DNA of 37,382 nucleotides, taken from assembly GCA_050331735.1 (NCBI GenBank), contig JBHJGN010000038.1, forward strand, positions 1 through 37,382, read 5' to 3'. Positions within the stretch are counted from its first letter, which is position 1. Each line of letters starts with the position of its first letter. The position numbers and the translations under genes are program-made. Under the pieces are notes generated by a model, which worked only from the letters and a program-made list of their open reading frames with translations, did not search any database and had not been told where the DNA came from. This stretch comes from Cyanophyceae cyanobacterium. Lineage in GTDB: Bacteria > Cyanobacteriota > Cyanobacteriia > Cyanobacteriales > JBHJGN01. This document shows, one piece after another, positions 37,244 through 37,382 of the stretch.

Positions 37244-37382
37244 TACAGCGCTTTGCAGGTTTATGAGGGACAATAACAGCAGTGGGTAAACCAGTTACGC
37301 AAATGCTGAGGATTTATGAGATACATCGCTATTTTGATGAGCAAATCAACTTTTTTAGCGGTCTTGGGAGAAAACTGTCTCA
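37244..37382 (-). mobile_element. IS630-family element, right end (runs off the window)
   Basis: The minus strand reads stop codon, ACCTGCAAAGCGCTG, then a TA dinucleotide (37244-37245), fitting a terminal repeat plus TA target. Confidence 0.72.
37261..37382 (-). CDS. IS630 transposase C-terminus (partial)
   Basis: RQFSPKTAKKVDLLIKIAMYLINPQHLRNWFTHCCYCPS*. NWFTHCCY is characteristic of cyanobacterial IS630 transposase ends. Confidence 0.78.
   Translation of the reverse strand, partial: RQFSPKTAKKVDLLIKIAMYLINPQHLRNWFTHCCYCPS

Overview
This is a cyanobacterial chromosomal segment, judged from the dense HIP1 octamers (GCGATCGC), ycf39-nadK-nblR-DUF192 synteny and split dnaE-N. Most of it is housekeeping or metabolic: pfkB-family kinase, cysQ, leuC, aminotransferase, nucleoside hydrolase, a debranching-enzyme/GH63 pair, tRNA-Val(TAC), mazG, lepB, eda and dnaE-N with its N-intein. 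It also holds a five-gene Ni/Co ECF-type uptake operon divergent from an FTR1 permease, and a DUF4168/small lipoprotein/two-component locus. Mobile DNA is prominent and partly missed by the ORF track. A tnpB 3' end plus right end truncates a TIGR03032-like gene at the left edge. A complete divergent tnpA/tnpB IS200/IS605 element sits between the two metal-uptake units, and its TnpB carries an in-frame hairpin-derived 19-aa insert. There is also an orphan IS605-like end, an IS630 end at the right edge, decayed hicBA and Uma2 genes, and a family of modular purine/pyrimidine hairpin repeats. The best candidates for undescribed biology are a ~600-nt structured non-coding region upstream of one of two MshEN-like DUF2949 paralogues, the insert-bearing TnpB, and the ECF operon with a His-rich lipoprotein. 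All family calls come from motif recognition by eye; no database search was run.
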